DNA of 64,000 bases from Octopus sinensis (GCF_006345805.1 NC_043008.1:51894001-51958000), one strand, 5' to 3'; positions 36,584 to 50,440 are shown, counted from the first letter of the stretch. Notes: generated by a model from the letters alone, not told the origin. Numbers and translations: made by a program.

Positions 36584-36649
36584 AAAATGAAAAAGAAGGA
36601 AAGAAAAAACCCAGGAAAAGACTCGATATTCGGTCGATAAAATAAACAT
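36584..36649 (-). CDS. Predicted first coding exon (MFILSTEYRVFSWVFSFLLFHF), signal-peptide/anchor-like
   Basis: aagccATG Kozak context, 66 nt, strong donor TTT|gtgagt, phase 0; lies in a CpG-rich segment. Confidence 0.6.
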
Positions 36650-36850
36650 GGCTTATAGTGAGATTTAATCGTAATGTTTATTGGCGGTGATGGTCAGCAA
36701 TGGCAGTCAATTAAGTATATCCCAACAAAGATTTAATTTGGCGGGGGGGGAGGGGGGAGAAGTAGACAGTGCGAGTGTGTGATATGTATGCCTTTCTCAA
36801 GGGCAACTGCGACACAGGTAAAGGGAAATGACGGAAGCCGGGAAGAAGAG
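36650..36850 (-). promoter_or_regulatory. Putative TATA-less promoter: CCAAT box (~36681), GC box (~36740), ETS-like CGGAAG (~36830)
   Basis: Motifs visible immediately upstream of the predicted ATG within a locally CpG-rich stretch (~35990-37330). Confidence 0.45.
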
Positions 36851-37589
36851 AAACGAAATCAAGATATCAGCAACTAACCGGTACTTTCTTTATTCAGGGC
36901 AAACGACATACGATAATATCTTGAATTCTTACGCCACACACACTTCACTAGAAGATATTCCTGAGAATTTTACCTTGTGTCAACTGTTTTAATGTAAATG
37001 CATACACACATTCGACTTAACGAGGGTGCTTCTGCCTGTTCGGTCGATTTAGGTGCTAGAAAAAGCAGGCCACACCATACTGCATCGCCTTTACGAAGGC
37101 GGGGGTAGGGGCGCGGGAGAGAAAGGACATATTAAAAAATGTAGTCCTTGATACTCCATGCCCTTACCCTCCACTTAGAAAAAGAAAGACAAAAAGCTGG
37201 AATGCCTTTGATCATAGGTCAGCACAACGAGGCTTGACCTGGAGCTAAACATCAACATATAAACGGACACGAAGCAATGTTATATACGTGTGATGGATGG
37301 TGTTTAAGACGTGGATCATATAATGGTGAATACGAAGTGGTGGGTGGTGATCGCCGCTCTATCAACAACACAACTAAGTCATCACTTCTCTTCTCTCAAC
37401 TGTTTCTTAATCACTGATGTCAATATTACTGACGCCTTCCTCCTTGGCCATACACATACATACATATATATATATAACTACCTCAGAGTCAAACCCACAC
37501 AACTATCATGACCGCAGTGAGAAACCACCACCATTAACGTAGTAGTAGTAGTAGATGCCATCAACACCACATCACTATACCTCTCGCTT

Positions 37590-37870
37590 ATGCGCCACTG
37601 TCATCACCGTCACTACTATCGATACCCCCTTCACTACTATCAGTTTTTCTATGCTTTCTCCACCATCGCCTCTATTAAAAATACATTCACCACTACTACT
37701 ACTACTACTAGCAATGCCTCTTCCTCCTCCATGACCACCACTATCGCTACTGTACTGTCAATGCCTCTCCCACCACCACCAACCATCGGCGTCGTCGCCA
37801 TCGCTTTTACTAGTTATACCTACACCACCACTATCGCCTACTACTATCACTGCCTCGACTACCACTACTA
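37590..37870. repeat. (CAC/TAC)n low-complexity region
   Basis: Directly visible. Confidence 0.75.
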
Positions 37871-37934
37871 TTGCGACGGAGTTGTCGCTGTCGGTCTGTA
37901 ACATGTTAGTCACGTGAGGTGCGCCGTGTGGTGA

Positions 37935-38236
37935 GTGAACAGCAGCAGCAGCAGTCATTGTTGTTGTAGAAGAGGAGGGAAGAAAGAAGGTAGGGAGAGA
38001 GAGAGAGAGTGAACAACAGCAGCAGCAGTCATTGTTGTTTAGAAGAGGAGGGAAGAAAGAAGGTAGGGAGAGAGAGAGAGAGAGAGTGAACAACAGCAGC
38101 AGCAGTCATTGTTGTTGTAGAAGAGGAGGGAAGAAAGAAGGTAGGGAGAGAGAGAGAGAGAACAACAGCAGCAGCAGTCATTGTTGTTGTAGAAGAGATG
38201 GGAAGAAAGAAGGTAGGGAGGGAGAGAGAGAGAGAA
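37935..38236. repeat. Four-copy ~75-bp minisatellite with a variable (GA)n block
   Basis: aacagcagcagcagtcattgttgttgtagaagaggagggaagaaagaaggtagggag(ag)n repeated 4 times. Confidence 0.92.
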
Positions 38237-39163
38237 TACAATTATACATAGAATAGGAAGGAGATAGACAAGAATATAGATAGAAGAGTGAAGGTAAATG
38301 AGATATAGAGAAGTGAGAGAGAGAGAGAGAGATTCATGGACGAGAAAAAGAGAGAAAGACAGATGCAATAAAGGGAGAGAGAGAGAGAGAGAAAGAATCA
38401 CAGAGAGGAAAAAAGAGAATAAGAGAGACACTCAGAAGGGAAAAGAGAGATAAGAGATAGACACAAGAGAGAAAAAGAGTGGTAGATACAGAAAACAAGA
38501 GAAATTTAAGAAGATATAGAGAGTGGTAGAGGGGGAGAATTAAGTGAGAATAGAGAGAGGGGAAAGAGAAGTGGCATAAAGAGAGAGAGAGAAAAAGAAA
38601 GATATTCATATAGTGGGTACCAGAGGGAGGGAGAGGCATATACGTATAGAGGGGGAAAGAGTGAAAGGCAGAGACACAGACAGAGAGGGACAGATGCTGT
38701 GTACCATGGGGGAGAAGAACAAGTGAACAAGAACCACAACAAACACGGAGTAATATTAATAGTAGTAATAATAATATTATTATTATTATTAACAGTGTCA
38801 TCTGTAGAAGACTAGTTGTAGGTATAATTAATATAATCTTCTGTAATATATATATACATATACACACACACACATATATATATATACACAAGTTGTGTTT
38901 GTTGTAGTCACCGTCCTTATCGCTGTCACAATCCTATTGTGTTTATATATATATATATAATATATATATAATATATATGAGTGTGTGTATATATTTTTAC
39001 GTCTTTAAAAAAATGTATTGTACATATGGGTGTATGGGTGTGTTATAAATGATTAATAAACTCATGTGTGAGTGTATAAGCTAGACACATACATACATAT
39101 ATCTGGTCACACACACACACACACCAGTTTCTAACCAGATGCACTCACTCACATAATTCTGTG

Positions 39164-39242
<79 letters not shown>

Positions 39243-40173
39243 TGCAAATACACAAATATATACATATATAATATTTAGATACAAACACAATTCTGTTTCA
39301 CAAATGAAATTATTTACCAAAAGGAAAGAAAATAATCACAAAAATAAAGCTATCAAAGAAATTGAAGAATCAAATATTCAAAATATATATAAGCAAACAA
39401 AAACAAGGAATCCATATTAATTGAAAGGAAATTAAGGCAGTAAAAATATAATGAATACTAATAGTGATATAATGAATAATAATAATATTAATAATAATAA
39501 TAATAATAATGATGATATTAATTATGATGAAGAAAACACTAATAATCTGTAATCTACACCATGGATACATTCGGTCATCAAGTGGAAAGGAGTAAATGAA
39601 GAATCTGTTTCTACTGTATGGAGTAGACTACAATCTACGAGGAATGAACACCCAGTCTTGGAGGGAATAACATCAGTTGTTGGTAGGTTTCTACATAATT
39701 ATATATAGTATTATTATTTTAAACCAAAAAACCACAGGCATTTTATTCTAAATTTGATTTCTGTCCTTCTGTCTTTTCTCTCCCCCATTTTGGTATTTCT
39801 GTTTTCTTCTGTCTTCAGCCTTGTTCCACTGTGAAAAATTTGCCATTTACCAAAGCTGTACATGTATATATAATGTGTAATATATGAATAATGTGTATAT
39901 AAATGTGTGTTTATGGCGAATATGTATCTATATAATGTGTATTATGTGTATATACATTGTGCATATTATGAATCTATAAATATATGTAAGGTGTATACAT
40001 GTGTGAGTATATATGACTTTATGTATCAAGCATACGAAAAGAAGTAAAACCTAAGTGCAGATTTCTTATATATAGTACATATTCTAATGTTATATATTTG
40101 AAAGTTTATATATATATACACACACACCCACTCTACATATATAAACATACCTACACTAATATATATTTATATA

Positions 40174-40205
<32 letters not shown>

Positions 40206-41206
40206 GTGGCTTATGTACACATTACTATGTATACACACACTCAAACATACAATATATGTAGATTATACACTATATAAACACTGAATGTATATTATACCCT
40301 CTAATATATGAGATATATTTGTACTTTATTTCTGACCACTTCCGTTCTCAAAATACATTGTATATACTTTTAATTTTTTTTAGACATTCATCGCTTATGA
40401 ACTTGCGAGATTTTTGTGTGTGTATATATATATATATGTATGTATATATACAAACATACATATGTAAATGTAGCCCAACCAATTTCTTTATGATAGACTG
40501 GGTGGATTGTATGACATTGCCATGAAGTGGGGGATCATTATAGTGCAAGGAACAATGTGAAGTCGGTCACTCACTTAATGTTCACATAACATACATTGGT
40601 TAGGAGAGGGAATATCACTGACACCATACCAGCTCTTAATTGTTGCGGTTGTTTAGGCCTAAATCATCTTTGATCGAATAGATATCTACACTTGAAAACG
40701 AGTCATCCAGGTCATCTCTGATGAAACAGATCTTAGGTCTATGATCAAAGTTATTCCAGCTACGACTTTTCCCCTTTTTTTTTGTTTTCCCCCTCCCCTA
40801 TATCTTGGGAATCCGAGTCCATATTAAAGTGTCTGTTCTAAGTTGATGGTTATAATGTGCTTTGAGGTGTATGTAAGTTGTTTCTTGTAGGTCAAGCGAC
40901 CACTTCAGGGACAGAGATTTCCCTTCTGGGTCCTCCCGTCTGTCAGTGGTTTCAAATTGGGGTTATAAACGAGAATAAGTCTGTTTTATTCATCACTACT
41001 GTTGTTGAACAGACATCAGGCTCATTGCTTTACAACTGCACTCTTCTACTTCCTTTCTCCTTAATAAACATTTACTGAGCAAAAGCTCAATTCATTGTGT
41101 ATATATATGTGCTAGATATTACGTATGTACATTATCTATCTGTCTGTCTGTCTGTCTATATGTCTGTCTGTCTATCTATCTATCTATCTATCTATCTATA
41201 TGCTGC

Positions 41207-41244
<38 letters not shown>

Positions 41245-42210
41245 GCTCACTGTCATTGTGTGGTGTCTATATATATATATACACACACATACAGGCATGT
41301 ATATTTGTGTGTGTATAAACACGTACGTGTATATATATGTACGTATATGTGTATGCATAGATGCGTAAATGTTTGTATACTGACATCAAACATTTCTTAC
41401 TTCGTTCTTCCCATCCGTATCTTTATAATACTATGAGCTGTTTTGTGTATAGTCTTATTAAATGAAATATTATGTAGCCAGAAGTGTGTATATCATTATA
41501 AACAACGTTTTAATGTCCGTCGAAAATGTTTAACACGAAATAACTGTCAATTACTCTGCTAAATAACTCTCACACATACAATTATGGTTTGATGTATGTA
41601 CGTAGATATTTGTCTGGGTAGAGGGCACTTTGTCGTGTGTCAATGCTAAATTCATCCTTAATTCTGTATCCTTTGTGTCTGTTGCCTTCGTACACCCTGA
41701 GGGATCGGATTAATCCAAGAGTTGTCTTTTATCTTCCCTTTCTGCATGTCGAACACCCTTCGGTGTTAATAAATATCGTTATATGAAAAGTAATTTCTCA
41801 AGAACTGCTGGGAGAGAATTCTAGCTGTTACTACAAATTGTTATTATAATTATTATTATTAGTATTATTTATTATTTGCTAACGTAGTGGTTACGCTTAT
41901 TAGATGTTTGAAACGTCCCCCCTTCGTCTCTTTTCATCGTTTCCATCCATATACACCATTCCATACACACCGATTCCAGTTGAAATATCAAGAGATTGCA
42001 AAAAGAAAAAAAAAACAAAAAAACGTACTCCTGTTAATTCCTGTTCTAACCTTGATACACCCCCATATGTATGTATATATATATATAACATTATATAATT
42101 AGGGCTTAGTAAAATAAATTACTTTGTCACATACTGAACTTTCTAGAAATAGCAGCCAAAAAGTTTTTTAGCCATTTCCACTACTTTAAGAAAATTTCTC
42201 TCAGATAATG

Positions 42211-42265
<55 letters not shown>

Positions 42266-43010
42266 TTTACATTCACACGTGTGTGTGTTTAATGTAATGT
42301 AGTTGCTTAATGTATTCTCATCGCTTGAAGTTAAAAAGCTTTATGTGAATATTATAACATTTCTGATTTTATATATACGTATATTTGATGTATGTATAAA
42401 ATATGACGTGTGTAGCATTTCATTCCGTATGCTGTATGCCAGATCAAAAAAAAAATGCATTCTGTGTTCTCCATGGATGCAGTCGTCCGTTCCTCTCCTC
42501 ATCATATGGTTCACTTATCATCGAAACATTTGACTGCTTAATTCGGACCGCCTTTAGTTTTTCTAACCGTTCCTTCCCCTGTCTTATCCCCCTCTCACAC
42601 CATTAGTCTTGAACCAACTACATGCTCACCGACACAACTTTTAATCTACCAACCTCTCTTTTTTTTTTTTTGTCTGTTGCTGTGTTTCAGTGGGTTGGTG
42701 GTCCATGGTTCTCACACTAACCTTCGTTACTCGTCTATAATTATAATAATTGTTTATAATTTAGACAAGGCCAGCAGTTTTAAATAAAGGAAGGTTGTAA
42801 GGATAGGATTCAGTCGATACGATCGACCTCAGTATTTGACTGGTAATTTATCTTATCGATTCGGCGATATAATACTCGTAAAACATTTTGTCCGATGCTC
42901 TAACATTTCAGCCAGCTCACAGCCTTAATTCTGATGACTGTTATTATTTCTAATTTAGGTACTCGGCCAGCAGGTTTTGAGAGGGACGTGATTATCGGTA
43001 ACAATAATCC

Positions 43011-43258
43011 CAGAGTCGTCTTAAGGCATGGACACACTGAGCAGTGGCCCTAGGGACCCTGTTTGGATCTGTGGTTTGCTGCCAATAAATTAATAATATA
43101 GGGCCCAGTGTATCAGGCGAAAATAAAGAATACGTACATCCGGCGGTTGGGGTTAGGGTTAGAGTTTTGTTACGCCGAAAACGGTTGGTGTACGTATTCT
43201 TTACCTCCACTGTGTATTGATTTGCCCGGGGGCATATATTACTGTTATGATGGCCTTG
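43011..43258. mobile_element. hAT-type MITE inside a decayed SINE A
   Basis: Termini cagagtcgtcttaa / ttatgatggccttg resemble CAGGGCCGTCTTAA-type ends; SINE A sequence flanks both sides. Confidence 0.6.
43126..43201. mobile_element. 76-bp MITE with 13-bp perfect TIRs, TA target duplication and internal TTAGGG-like repeats
   Basis: ta|aagaatacgtaca...ggggttagggttagag...tgtacgtattctt|ta. Confidence 0.7.
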
Positions 43259-44837
43259 ATCAACCCCAGTACGCGACTGGTATTTTGTTTGGTGGGTTTT
43301 CGGAAATAGCTGTCACTACCTCGTGGGGGAAAGGATAAGGGCACAGAATTGGGGGCAAAAATGTGGGAAACAGAATATTTTCTTTAAGGTGTAATGGAGT
43401 AGAATTCTCTCAGAATCGTTATTCTCGGGTTTCATGAAAACAGAAATATTAAAATGAAGGAAATTCATTGCCCTTTTCTTTTCCCATGAGGTCGTGATAG
43501 CTGTTCCCAAATCCCACCTCCTATTTTTATAAAATTTTACCAATAACACTTGGCGTTTTGACCGTAGCACCAATAATGCTGTCATGTTGACCATTGTGTC
43601 CTTTTCACACAATGTCGTGATTTATTTCTCCCACCCTATAATCAAATAAGTTTGTCTTATTTAGGTTGTAGCTGCGTGCTAGCTCCAAACCCACTAAGTA
43701 TGTATACGAAGGAAGCTCGACATGCTAGAAAGTGCAGCTACATCTTCTTTATGACATATTAGATTACGCTTGTGACCCGCTTTTCGAAAAAAAGCAGGCC
43801 GCATAAGACAGGGCTCATCACCAGGTGGGCCGCACTATCTATAAGAAAAATGTAATATTCCATCAGGCATGTCATTCAGAAAGTCCTGCTGGCCGCAGTT
43901 TGTCCTTCGTCGCACCGGATAATGAAGTCCTTGGATATTATGTGGATGACAGGGTAGTCACAGCTAGAATACTATTGGTCGGCCACGGTCCTGCCTGATT
44001 AGTGGTGACCCACCCGGCTCCATACGTCAGCAGCAATTAACCATTATCTACTGCTGCTGCTGCTGATAACATTTCCAAAAAAACATGAAGCCTTTGAGAT
44101 TTCATGATGTGCTGATGCAGGCATATTTTTTTGATGGTTTACATAAACAGTAAAAGGGGCCTTCGGCAGTTTCGACGATGGTTATTCCAACTGTTACATC
44201 AACTGAACTATTTTCTCTTAGAAGAGCTGTTAGTGGCTGCTATTCACGGACACGTGTACTCTTAACGTAGTACTTGGTCAGATGTCTGGTGGGCTTCTAC
44301 ACAGTTTCCGTCTGTCTCGTTTCAAACGCACGGCCTGGATCAACCCAATGTGATGGTAGATGACACGACGCAGTGCAGCACTGGACTGAAGATCTTGCGA
44401 CTGAAAAGCCAAGTTGTTAACGTATTGGCCATACATTATGTAAACAGCATCGCGTCTGAAAAACACGCACATAAATAATACATGCATGTGTGAATTCTTT
44501 TGTGTAAGTCTGCTGCAGATTAGGTAGGACAATTGCTGTGTTGATGACGTCTGTTGAGGCAGAAACATCTCAACACCTATCCTCTTGTCACTCAAACACT
44601 GTTTCTTCATGGCATGTCAGTTTTGGAGAATTCTTGACTTTTGAGCTAAGGTCTCCATTTCGTTTGTAGCAGGTGCCATTTTCCACTAAGATTGTTCTAC
44701 CCTCTCAGGAAGCAGAAATAATTTTAATAAATCAAGAATTTGCATGTATGTAGATTCAGTATACCTTTGTTAATTACATGCCACTCACTGGCCACCTTGA
44801 GTTGTTGTTCTTAGTTAATTTTCATTTCCTTATATAT

Positions 44838-45180
44838 ATGGCTGTGTGGTAAGAAGCCTGTTTCCTAACCACAAGGTTTTGGGTTCAATCATTGCATGGT
44901 GCTATGGGCATATGTCTTCTACTATAGCCCTGGTTTGACTGAAGCCTTGTGAATGGATTTGGTAAACGGAAATTGAAAGAAGCCTTTCGTGCACGTGTGT
45001 ATCGGTCCACCCACTGCCTGACAACCAGTGTCAGTTTGTTTATGTCCCCATAACTTAGTGGTTTGGCATAAGTGTCAGGCTTCAAAAATAAGTGCTGGGG
45101 TCAATTCTTTCAACTAAAACCCTTCAAGGTAGTATCCCAGCATGGCTGCAGTCTCACAACTGAAACATGTAAAAGACAGA
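44838..45180 (+). mobile_element. SINE family B, older copy
   Basis: ggctgtgtggtaagaag...gaaacatgtaaaaga. Confidence 0.8.
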
Positions 45181-45863
45181 TTAAACGTATTTCAATTATT
45201 TTCTCTTTTTTTTTTCTTAGACATCCTTATTCAAAAGTACATTATAACGTATGGAGTAACTATGTTTAGGAAGGGATGGCCATCTCCTGTTGGCAAGTGA
45301 TATTGTGTTGATCGTAATTTCACCTGCATGTATAATGCCTCACATACTAAAAACCATCACGCAAATTCAGTGATTCGATATATTTTCAATGTATTGATAC
45401 AAAACATAGCTTATCCTTAATTCTTTAGTGTCTGGTGCTACGTTTCATGTTCATAGACAATATCACACACCTGTGATTGATATGTATGTTACCTTATTTA
45501 TATGTATATATTATATGTCCATATATATGTAAAAGTATATATTATAAGCTGTATATTTATATATATATAATATTAAACATTGCTGTATATATGTTATACA
45601 TGTGTTATATGCTGAGTGTGTGTAGTTTTCCCTCGGTTTACTTGCTAGGTTATTTCTTTTTGCGAATCAACTTGCAAATCGAAATCATCTCAATTGGAAC
45701 CCACACACACATACACAACAGTATATTATTTATATTATATAACATACTTATTGATATGTAGTTATATAACTCCTCCATGAAATATTGACAATCATTAATT
45801 TCAGTGAGGATAACACAATTATTATGCATGCATGTGGGTGTGTATGAGAGAGAGAGAGAGAGT

Positions 45864-46085
45864 GAGGGCGCGTGGCAGTGGTTAAGGTGTTGTACTCATG
45901 GTTGCGAGACTGTGGGTTTGCGTTGTGTTCTTGAGCATATATATATATGATCATGTTGCTCTGTGATCACTTCTACATCTGATGTTTGACGCACCATGCC
46001 CCACACATGATATCGATCTGAGGGAGGGAAGGAGCTGATGTGCAGCACAAACATTTGATCACTATAAACAAATCATTTTCACTGG
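45864..46085 (+). mobile_element. Decayed SINE with a family D-type tRNA head
   Basis: gagggcgcgtggcagtggttaaggtgttgtactcatgg... Confidence 0.5.
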
Positions 46086-48328
46086 TTGTTTAGCATGGAA
46101 TTGCAGAAATGTCTTTCCCAAACTCGGGAACCTACCATTATATATATATATATATATATAATATATATATATATGATGTATGTGTGAGTGTGCACACACA
46201 CACACACACACATATATATATAAAATACTCTTCTAAGGTGGGTAATAAGTGTAATGAAAACAAATGGCATCTGAAAATGAAACGAATAATGGCAACTATT
46301 GATTATTATTTCAAGTCACTTGGACAAACACTGTGTGTGTGTATTTTGACCACGAGTCAGTTAAGAAATTTTTTTTATGTTCTGAGTTCAAACACCTTCT
46401 GGGGTCAGTAAAATAACCACCAGTAAAGCATTAGGATTGATGTAATGGACCAGCCCCCTCCCTCAAAATTCCAGGCTTTGTGCCTATAGTAGAAAGGATT
46501 ATTGTCATTATTATTATTATTATTAAGGAAAATCGTTCAATCTCAGCAAAAAAAAAATGTATAATTTTTTTTGTTTTGAATTTTCTCTGTGATGCGTATG
46601 AGAGATCATTATTATTAACCTAGATTGGTTTTAACATAAAACCTTGTATGTATTAGCCAGTTTCTTGATGGTGAATCCTGTGTTGAAATGGACTCCCATT
46701 GTTTAATTAATTAGTAATCCAGAAGTGAATCACAGTCTGTGTGTGTAGGCTGGCCCTCCCAAAGTGCAGCAGTGTGTGTATGTGTGTAAAATGTATGTGG
46801 GTGTACTCAGTCCAGTCATTTGATCATGTGTGACGAATAAACCAGACTATATATCCACTCATAAATATCTCCCCTTTGTTCTCTTTGTCAGCGTTTCATT
46901 TTTGAAAGTAGTTAGGCTGCTATTCAAATGTGGATTTTTATTTTTTCATCCTCCAATTATACACACATACATACATATATATAAAACCATGTCAATGCAG
47001 ATCTCACTAGTGCTGGAACCACGTAAAAAGTGTCCTGTTACTCTGTAAAGTGGTTTTGGCATTAGGAAGGGCATCCTGACAAAAACCAATGCCAAACCTG
47101 GCATTGGAAGTTGGTGCAGTCCTTTGGCTTGTCAGCTCCTGTCAAACCCTCCAACCCATGCCAGCATAGAAGACAGATGTTGCGTGATAATGAAGAATAC
47201 ATATGTATGCACACATGTATACATGCATGCATGCACACATGTACATATATAAATGCACGTATACACATACATACTTACAGATACACGTACAGACACAAAC
47301 GCATGGTCTCGAATTTATACTGTTATTGAATAAGCTTGACAAAACTGCAAATTACTCACCTTATTGCTGAAAAATGTATCTTTAAATACGTAACGTATAT
47401 ACATGCATATGTATTCATACATTTCATGCTTTCCTTCTCATAGCCTACAAACCCATTTACCTATCCTTGTGTTTTACACACATAAGTTTTTATGTCTCTG
47501 AATGCAAATGACATGCAGAACACGTGACTACATTCAGGTATATATATATGTATATATTTTCCCCTTTCTGCATTTATCCTTTCTCTCTCTCTTACTATGT
47601 ACACCTAAAGATATTTATGTATGTGTATGGAAAGACAAACATGTTTATACATATATGATTGATAAATGTACACACATAATATACACATGTATATGTAATG
47701 TCTGTATACATTTTGTATGTTCCTAGCTGAAGGTTGCATTTTTGCACCTAGATGACTGAAATTGTGCATAGGGGCACATTTTTATCAGGGAGGTGGTCAG
47801 ATGCTCTATGACTTGGATAATCTCTCAATAAGATTGCATGCAGGCAAGGCAACAAGTGTGACTTGCACTGCACAATACCACTAATATATTTTATACACAA
47901 ATAATGTAAATAGTAATGAAAAATCATACTTCAACTAATAATAAAATTTTCACTCTTTGATAAACCACCACCACTAATACCCAGATATTATCTTTTCTCT
48001 ATTGGTCTTTTTTATAACAGTTACACAACAGTTTTCTGTACACTTGATCTATTTGCCTCACCTGTTCTTACCAAGACTTGTTTCAGCATCTAATCCTTAT
48101 ATGAAACCATTTCTTCACACCTACCTATACTGTTCCACAACTCTCAGAAATTCTCACATTGTTCAGAGTTTTATGAAGTGTTTGTATGGATGTTGTCACT
48201 CTTCTTTAGACTAAATATTATTAATCTTCAATTCAATTTTATTCAGTGAAAGTACAAAGACTATCCATCTTCCATCTGATATTCACAAAGTAAGACTTGC
48301 CACAATTATAAGCATATCTGTATGTAAT

Positions 48329-48713
48329 AGGCATAGGAGTGGCTGTGTGGTAAGTAGCTTGCTAACCAACCACATGGTTCTGGGTTCAGTCCCACTGCGT
48401 GGCATCTTGGGCAAGTGTCTTCTGCTATAGCCCCGGGCCGACCAATGCCTTGTGAGTGGATTTGGTAGACGGAAACTGAAAGAAGCCTGTCATATATATA
48501 TGTGTGTGTCTGTGTTTGTCCCCCTAGCATTGCTTGACAACCGATGCTGGTGTGTTTACATCCCCATCACTTAGCGGTTCGGCAAAAGAGACTGATAGAA
48601 TAAGTACTGGGCTTACAAAGAATAAGTCCCGGGGTCGATTTGATCGACTAAAGGCGGTGCTCCAGCATGGCCGCAGTCAAATGACTGAAACAAGTAAAAA
48701 GAGAGTAAAGAGT
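48329..48713 (+). mobile_element. SINE family B, full length
   Basis: Same structure as 31481. Confidence 0.92.
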
Positions 48714-48749
48714 AATATGTGTTATAATGCACTAATCATAGAGACATGT

Positions 48750-49410
48750 CTTTGACACATCCAAGCTATGTCATTATTACAGAAACACATCCCATGTATG
48801 TCATGAGAGAACCACATCTAAACAATGTCACCCAAACATATCAAAGCCATGTCACCATCAGAGCTTCATGCAGTAACCATATCACCACAAAAAGAAATTC
48901 ATCTAAGATATTACCATCACAGAAATACATCTGATGGTTTTCACCATGAAAGAAACACCTGTAAACCAGGTATGTCTCTACAACTAATGTATTTGAGCCA
49001 TGTCGCCATGAACAAAGCACATCTAAGACATGACATCAGAACAGAAACGCATCCAAACTATATTGACGTCTTAGAAACATATGTCTGTCACAGAAGCACA
49101 TTCCAGATATGTTACCATTACAAACAAATTGAAGCTAAGTTGTCATCAAAGAAACACATTGAAACCATGTCACCATCACAGAAATACATCTCAGCCGTTC
49201 ATTCATTGCAGAAACCTGTCCAAGCCATGTTATGATTACTGGCAGAAATGCAATACATACACATTCAAGCGATATCACCATCACAGAAAAATATTCAAAT
49301 CATTCTCCATGATAGAAATCCATCTAAGCTATGTCAGTATCTCAGAAAGATATGAGCTACATTCTCATTAAAGTAATGTCACCTCCCCAGATATTCATCC
49401 AAGCCATTTC
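48750..49410. repeat. Highly diverged ~30-bp minisatellite (consensus about catccaagccatgtcaccatcacagaaaca)
   Basis: Recurrent atgtcaccatcacagaaa.acat motifs at ~30-bp spacing, about 20 copies. Confidence 0.7.
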
Positions 49411-49529
49411 AACAACATTGTGTAGAAAATACACTTTCAGGCAGTGCAAAAGATACCAAATATACACTTATTGAAAGATTTTGTTCTGTAGAAAATACTT
49501 CTTGTATATATCATCATCGATTGCCATCA

Positions 49530-50440
49530 TCATCATTTTCTTCATGTCTGTTTGAAACTTCTTGAGATCTTATTCTATCACAGTATGTCTTTCCAGGTAT
49601 CAGTTCAATAGTTTGAAAGTACTTTATTCCATGTCTTCACATGGTGAACAACTGTCAGATATTTCATCGAAAATGAACATGAATGGTGCCATAGTTTCAA
49701 GTGGTTTCAATGTGGTACTGCTTGGAATCTTACGTCTACACCTTCTCAGTCTTCATTCTAGCTCACTACATAAGATGATTCTTACACTCGTTTGTACCTG
49801 TGATTCATTCACCCTAATATTACACATCCAGCAGAGTATGTTAATTTCATTTCTTTTTATCTGTTGTACATTCTTCACAATCAGTGCGTATAGCTTGCTT
49901 CCCTACAATATCTGTGCACTTCTTACTCAAGCAGTATCCCTGTCCTTCACAGGGATGGAGAATCCTTTTGTTACATGAAGGGGTAATATCTCCCTGAAAT
50001 TTTTTCAACCCATTCTAATCCTGGCTTCTGTGCTTTGAGAACATCCTCTATTAATTTTGTCCCTTAGGTAACAGATTTTAGATGTTATCAATAATAGGAC
50101 CCTTTGAATATTTGAAAAACATTGCTTTATGGATGATCTTGCTGCTATTTGCTATATACACAGTCCTTCTATATCAGCATGCTGGGATTCTACTACCTTT
50201 TTTTTGCTCCCATAATTTACTATGGGTACACCATATGGTACTCCTACTAACTCCCTTTTTTTTTTTTTTTTCCGCATATTGAGCATAGTCATAGTCTGTT
50301 CCTTTTTCCTACTAGTTACAACTTTTGTATTTGCTATCTTTTGTTTTCTAATTCTTTGGCATTCTGAGCTATGTAAACTATGTCATCAGCATACAGAAGT
50401 TCCCTTGGTGAAATGGTTTTAAATCCTTCTGTTATTACCT
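49530..50440 (-). mobile_element. Decayed RTE-clade LINE, RT domain to 3' end
   Basis: Minus strand PRELLYADDIVYIAQNAKEL at ~50350-50410; downstream GSETW-type region degenerate. Confidence 0.8.

Noticed and set aside
39562-39712. Coding-like frame WIHSVIKWKGVNEESVSTVWSRLQ... ending at a gtaggt donor
   Set aside because: An in-frame stop lies just upstream with no acceptor AG or in-frame ATG; probably a repeat remnant.
41905-41925. GAAACGUC hammerhead half-motif
   Set aside because: No upstream CUGANGA or stem II; at best a truncated repeat fragment.
43148-43164. Telomere or interstitial telomeric array
   Set aside because: Only about 2 TTAGGG units, and they lie inside a TIR-bounded MITE.
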